From the IMG/VR virus record IMGVR_UViG_3300017971_000152: a stretch of 37,474 nt of DNA; one strand, written 5' to 3'. Position 1 is the stretch's first letter; each line of letters opens with the position of its first letter. The stretch comes from a virus. Position numbers and translations under genes: made by a program. Under the pieces are notes generated by a model. It searched no databases. It had not been told where the DNA came from and saw nothing but the letters and a program-made list of their open reading frames with translations. Shown piece after piece: positions 33,780 to 37,474 of the stretch.

Positions 33780-34718
33780 ATGGGCATTGGTCAGTCATAC
33801 ATACTTGGTGGTGTGAGCGCACCACAGTTTGTGCTCTTGGGTGAGCAACTGTGCCCAAACGGTGACTTTGAAAACGACGCCACTGGTTGGGCCGGTTGTG
33901 ACGGCGGCACCATTGCTCGAGTGGCTGACCCATACAGCATATGGTCAGGGTACAGCCTCGAGGTTGAGGACAACAGCGCCGTGGCATATGAGGGTGCTGA
34001 GTGTGACGTTGAGCTCGTCAGGGGTGCCAGGTACTACGTGAGCGTATGGGTGCGCCGGCACGCACTCAACAACAGCCTGGCATGGGTTGACCTGTACGAC
34101 ATCAATGACAACGACATTGGCGCGGCCTGGTGGTCACAAGCCACATTTTCAGCGTTGGGTGACGAGCAATACAGCCTGTTGACGTTTCTCTCGAACACAT
34201 GCAACAACGCCGGCACCGGCCACATGAGAGTGTGGCCGGCCTCTCATGCACTGGCCGGTACAGGCAAGGCGTATTTCTGCCACGCACGGCTGTGGCGGGT
34301 GCGAGAGGTGTTGACTCTGACCTCATACGTGGCCTCGAGTCAGGTTGGGGTGGCACAGCGCACGGCTCAGGTTGAGCAATACTTTGACCCCATTGCAACG
34401 TACTCTCACAACAACCTCAGCGGCAAGTTGACCCGTCAGGTGCGCCGGTGGCGGTATGGGGCCAACGTGCTGTGGCCTCTCGTGCGTGGCCTTGACAATG
34501 TGCTGTTGCGCCGGCTGAGCTCTGAGCGTGCGTTTGTCTTTTGGCCTCATTATGAGCCCGCAAACAAGGTTTTTTTCTCAGTGCTCGTCAGGTCAGCCGG
34601 TCCAACATTTGGGGGGTACCCACAGAGCGGTGGTGGTGACAGGTACGGTGGCCACGTGGTGCCGTTTGCCATGCGTGGGGTCGAGCCATTGGCAAGTATG
34701 CCGTTTGAGAGGGTGTGA
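33780..34718 (+). CDS. Tail fibre / receptor-binding protein with an N-terminal CBM4/9-like carbohydrate-binding domain
   Basis: CPNGDFENDATGWAG is the hallmark NGDFE..GW start of CBM_4_9-type domains. Confidence 0.65.
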   Translation: MGIGQSYILGGVSAPQFVLLGEQLCPNGDFENDATGWAGCDGGTIARVADPYSIWSGYSLEVEDNSAVAYEGAECDVELVRGARYYVSVWVRRHALNNSLAWVDLYDINDNDIGAAWWSQATFSALGDEQYSLLTFLSNTCNNAGTGHMRVWPASHALAGTGKAYFCHARLWRVREVLTLTSYVASSQVGVAQRTAQVEQYFDPIATYSHNNLSGKLTRQVRRWRYGANVLWPLVRGLDNVLLRRLSSERAFVFWPHYEPANKVFFSVLVRSAGPTFGGYPQSGGGDRYGGHVVPFAMRGVEPLASMPFERV

Positions 34719-34721
34719 GGT

Positions 34722-35240
34722 ATGGGCAAGCTCTTTGGCTCAATAGGTGGCACCTCAAACCCCAAGCTCGTTTTCAACGTGTGGGGTGAGCTCGTCGAGG
34801 CTGACACGGTGGCCAGGCCGCAACAACTGTTGTGGGCATGGGACCGTGACAGTGAGCTCAAGAGCTTGGTGGATTACACAGAGCTCGAGGTCAACCTGAG
34901 GCACCGGCTCAACCTGACGTTTGTGTACCGTTGGCTCAGCCGTGACGACGAGCTCACATGGCAACTGGCGGCACAGGCTGACGAGGTGTTGGTGTGGCCA
35001 CACAAGGACTGTGAGAGGTACTGGCCCATGAGGGTTGAGGGACCGTGGCGCCGGCAATGGTCAGCCGGCAGAGCCACCGGCCACCAAAATGAGGTGCGCC
35101 TGGTGGCGCTCAACCTCGAGAGGGTCACGTACGACTTGGGCAACCTGTTTGCATTTGGCGTGGCGGGTGGCGGTTTTGGGGCCAGTTGGCCGCCGGCCAT
35201 GCCGTATGTTGGGGGTGGCACCAGTGGCCGGTACCCATGA
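34722..35240 (+). CDS. Hypothetical tail-module protein
   Basis: 172 aa; SD is GAGG. Confidence 0.6.
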   Translation: MGKLFGSIGGTSNPKLVFNVWGELVEADTVARPQQLLWAWDRDSELKSLVDYTELEVNLRHRLNLTFVYRWLSRDDELTWQLAAQADEVLVWPHKDCERYWPMRVEGPWRRQWSAGRATGHQNEVRLVALNLERVTYDLGNLFAFGVAGGGFGASWPPAMPYVGGGTSGRYP

Positions 35241-35253
35241 CGTGACACCTAAT

Positions 35254-35886
35254 ATGAGGCCAATGCCTGAGTACGGCTCACGCAACCCCGCGGTGCGTTG
35301 GCTGTTTCGCCGGCGGCTCGAGGTGGCCGGCCAGTTTGTGGCTGAGCTCGAGCCTGAGAGCCTCATTGACGTTGGGTGCGGCAAGGGTGAGTTTGTCAGT
35401 GCTGTGGCTCATATGCCGTGGCGACCACGCCGGCTCAAGGGGGTTGACCTACACGGTGAGGTGTACTTGCTCAATGGTCATGTGCCAGGTGTTGAGTTTG
35501 ACACTCAGGACGTGCGCCGGCTCAACGAGCTCGAATTGGGGTGGCATATGGTGACGTGCCTTGACACTCTCGAGCATGTACCTGAGTTGCAACGTGCCGT
35601 GCTCGAGCTCAACCGTGTGCTCTGTGAGGGGGGCCATTTGCTGACCTGTCAACCAACTGAAACCTGGTGGTACAAGGTACTCAGGCTAATTGCCAAGGGT
35701 AAATGGTCAGCCGTGACGGCGCCGGCGTCAGGCCGGCACTACCATACGGCGGCAGAGGTACACCACAGAGTTACGAGGTGCGGTTTCAACCTGGTGAGCT
35801 CGAGGAAACTGCCAAGGCCGCCGGCTGACCTATTCCACATAAACCTGTACGTCAAAGAGGTGAGCTCACATGTCTTTTTGCATTGA
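35254..35886 (+). CDS. Class I SAM-dependent methyltransferase (Methyltransf_11/23-like, not a DNA methyltransferase type)
   Basis: Motif I is LIDVGCGKGEF, with an acidic residue in KGVDL. The post-I/III region is GWHMVTCLDTLEHVP...LNRVLCEGGHL. No DPPY/NPPY or PCQ/ENV motifs. An alternative GTG start is at 35242. Confidence 0.75.
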   Translation: MRPMPEYGSRNPAVRWLFRRRLEVAGQFVAELEPESLIDVGCGKGEFVSAVAHMPWRPRRLKGVDLHGEVYLLNGHVPGVEFDTQDVRRLNELELGWHMVTCLDTLEHVPELQRAVLELNRVLCEGGHLLTCQPTETWWYKVLRLIAKGKWSAVTAPASGRHYHTAAEVHHRVTRCGFNLVSSRKLPRPPADLFHINLYVKEVSSHVFLH

Positions 35887-37363
35887 CATACCTGACAACG
35901 CCAACGTCGAGTACGTGAAAATAGCACGGCGCACATGTCAAGACTTTGTCGGGTGGCCACTCGTACAGCGGGTGACTGGCTTCTTGTACCAGGGTGCCGT
36001 GTACTTTGACAAGAGCCTCAAGGTGAGCGCCAATTTCACAGCCAAGGCGTGGTCACTGTACTACCACAACGAGCTCACAGGCCACAACTCGAGGTATGTG
36101 CCCATTGGTGAGGTGTGCCTGGTGGTGGTGTACGAGGACTCAGGTACTTACTACGTACGAGGTGTGGCTGAAATGACGACACCCATGTTGGCTGAGGGTG
36201 CATACGAGCACGACTGTGACTTGGCTGTTGAGGCCGGTGACTTTATTGGTTTGTGGGTGGCTGAGGGGTCCAATTTCACGGTGTACGCTGACAACTACGA
36301 CGACAACCCGCCATGTGACTTGTATTATTTCAACGATGCTGACGTGAAACCGTACGCCACGCAAGCCTTGGGCACGAGCCCAAGTGACGTGTACGCCACG
36401 CGCATGTTGAGCATTGCCGTGCGCTCTGACGTCGAGGGTACACCCGCGTACGAGACAAACAACTACCGTTGCGTTGGCGCTGACCGTGGGCCGTTTCTGT
36501 TTGAGCTTGGTGTCAATGCGTGGGCTGATGGCAACGTGGTTGACGCGGCCAATGCTCTCAACGACAACAGCGGCAACTACGCATACGTGGCTGACGGTAA
36601 CACTGGGTACATATATTGTCAACTGGCCAGTGGCGTCAACAACCGTATGCTCGAGCGCATAAGACTGCAAACGAAACAGTACGGCGCCGGCGTGGTCACC
36701 GTGTATTGCACGGGCACTGACGCTGTGGGTAGTTTGGCCGGCGCTGAGGGCATTGCAGAGGGTGACTGGCAAGAAATTGTGACCATACCAGGTGACTTTG
36801 ACGACGACACGAGCGTGTTTGAGTGGTGCATACACGTGGGCATACCAACCATGAGGTGGTACCGTATCAAGATTGAGGCCAGTGGCGCCAACCAACGTGT
36901 GTACCAGTTTGCCTCGTTTCACATGGGGTCAATCACTGACGACACCATTGACCTGACACCTCATGACGGCCTCTTGCACCGTATATGGGTAACGTCTGAC
37001 CTGGTGACCCTCAAGCTCACGGCGGCTGTTGGCTCAGGTGACTCAGAGGCTCAGGTTGACGAGGCCACAGTAACAGAGCTTGGGTACTTTGACCCTGGTG
37101 AGTATGTTTATTTGAGGCACGCCAACAACCAGTACAAACGGCTCGTGCTCGACAACCCCGCAACTGAGACTGGGCCACCCAAGAAACTCAAGTTTACAAC
37201 CACGGTTGGTGAGGCTTTCAACCTTGGTGAGAGTGCTGACCAACAACTGGGGGTGTTTCAGGTTGAGGCATATGACGCCAACGACAACCTGGTGAGCACC
37301 TCACCGTGGCTCTGCAACTATGGCGCATTTGACGTCAGGCTTGGTGAGTACGCTGACGCATGA
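35870..37363 (+). CDS. Tail fibre / receptor-binding protein with a discoidin or galactose-binding-like domain
   Basis: 497 aa. RMLERIRLQTKQYGAGVVTVYCTG...WQEI...RWYRIKIEASGANQRVYQFASFHM resembles an F5/8-type-C / CBM fold. Overlaps the methyltransferase gene by 17 nt. Confidence 0.65.
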   Translation: MSFCIDIPDNANVEYVKIARRTCQDFVGWPLVQRVTGFLYQGAVYFDKSLKVSANFTAKAWSLYYHNELTGHNSRYVPIGEVCLVVVYEDSGTYYVRGVAEMTTPMLAEGAYEHDCDLAVEAGDFIGLWVAEGSNFTVYADNYDDNPPCDLYYFNDADVKPYATQALGTSPSDVYATRMLSIAVRSDVEGTPAYETNNYRCVGADRGPFLFELGVNAWADGNVVDAANALNDNSGNYAYVADGNTGYIYCQLASGVNNRMLERIRLQTKQYGAGVVTVYCTGTDAVGSLAGAEGIAEGDWQEIVTIPGDFDDDTSVFEWCIHVGIPTMRWYRIKIEASGANQRVYQFASFHMGSITDDTIDLTPHDGLLHRIWVTSDLVTLKLTAAVGSGDSEAQVDEATVTELGYFDPGEYVYLRHANNQYKRLVLDNPATETGPPKKLKFTTTVGEAFNLGESADQQLGVFQVEAYDANDNLVSTSPWLCNYGAFDVRLGEYADA

Positions 37364-37474
37364 GGTGACAACATGAGAGTGCCGCACAACAACCGCCACA
37401 CATACTGCCCACACAGCCTGAGGGTGCTGTTTCTGACGCTGACCCTTGGCCTGACCCTGTTGTGCGGCACCTCA
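37352..37474. repeat. Right copy of the 123-bp terminal direct repeat
   Basis: Identical to 1..123. Confidence 0.9.

Noticed and set aside
35254-35886. DNA methyltransferase that would explain the GATC or GGAG avoidance
   Set aside because: The protein lacks the DPPY/NPPY (N6A/N4C) and PCQ/ENV (C5) catalytic motifs and resembles small-molecule or protein methyltransferases. Word avoidance also argues that the phage evades recognition rather than modifying its DNA.
33780-37363. Diversity-generating retroelement acting on fibre or lectin-like genes
   Set aside because: I found no reverse transcriptase ORF anywhere and no template/variable repeat pair with A-specific mismatches.
1-37474. Stop-codon reassignment or alternative genetic code
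   Set aside because: Standard-code ORFs tile the genome end to end. They terminate cleanly, mostly at TGA with some TAA and one TAG, next to RBS-preceded starts. No conserved domain is interrupted by an in-frame stop.
1-37474. Temperate lifestyle (integrase, repressor, attP)
   Set aside because: I recognised no tyrosine or serine recombinase motifs, no CI/Cro-like divergent pair and no minus-strand genes. Absence judged by eye is weak evidence, so the lifestyle is left open rather than called lytic.

Overview
The window appears to be a complete tailed-phage genome. The first 123 nt (1..123) are identical to the last 123 nt (37352..37474), so the contig closes on itself with a unique length of 37,351 bp. 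Every gene I can support lies on the + strand. Genes are tightly packed, with many ATGA, GTGA or TAATG start/stop overlaps, and TGA is the usual stop codon. The order is siphovirus-like. Tail-fibre-module genes wrap across the contig junction (33780..37363, then 22..1868). Next come membrane proteins, a RuvC-like resolvase and an M15-type endolysin (1872..3899). A roughly 480-bp non-coding hub with phased repeats and a strong intrinsic terminator follows (3900..4377). The early region (4378..14383) holds many small, often Cys-rich ORFs, an annealing-protein plus Cas4-like exonuclease pair, a pentapeptide-repeat gene, a MazG-like gene and a replisome-organizer-like gene. The late module runs terS, terL, portal, SPP1-gp7/Mu-F-like head protein, scaffold, major capsid, head-tail genes, major tail protein, frameshifting chaperone, tape measure and a 1534-aa tail protein (14534..33770). 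I found no tRNA, CRISPR array, integrase, DNA polymerase or supportable minus-strand gene. The most unusual signal is at the nucleotide level: synonymous codon choice depends on context in a way that almost removes the words GAT/ATC (only one GATC seen) and GGAG/CTCC from both strands, including from ribosome-binding sites. CTCGAG and GAGCTC become very common as a side effect. The pentapeptide-repeat gene (10739..11599) breaks these rules throughout and looks like a recent foreign insertion. All functional calls come from motif recognition and synteny by eye, without any database search. Word counts are manual and need recomputing.
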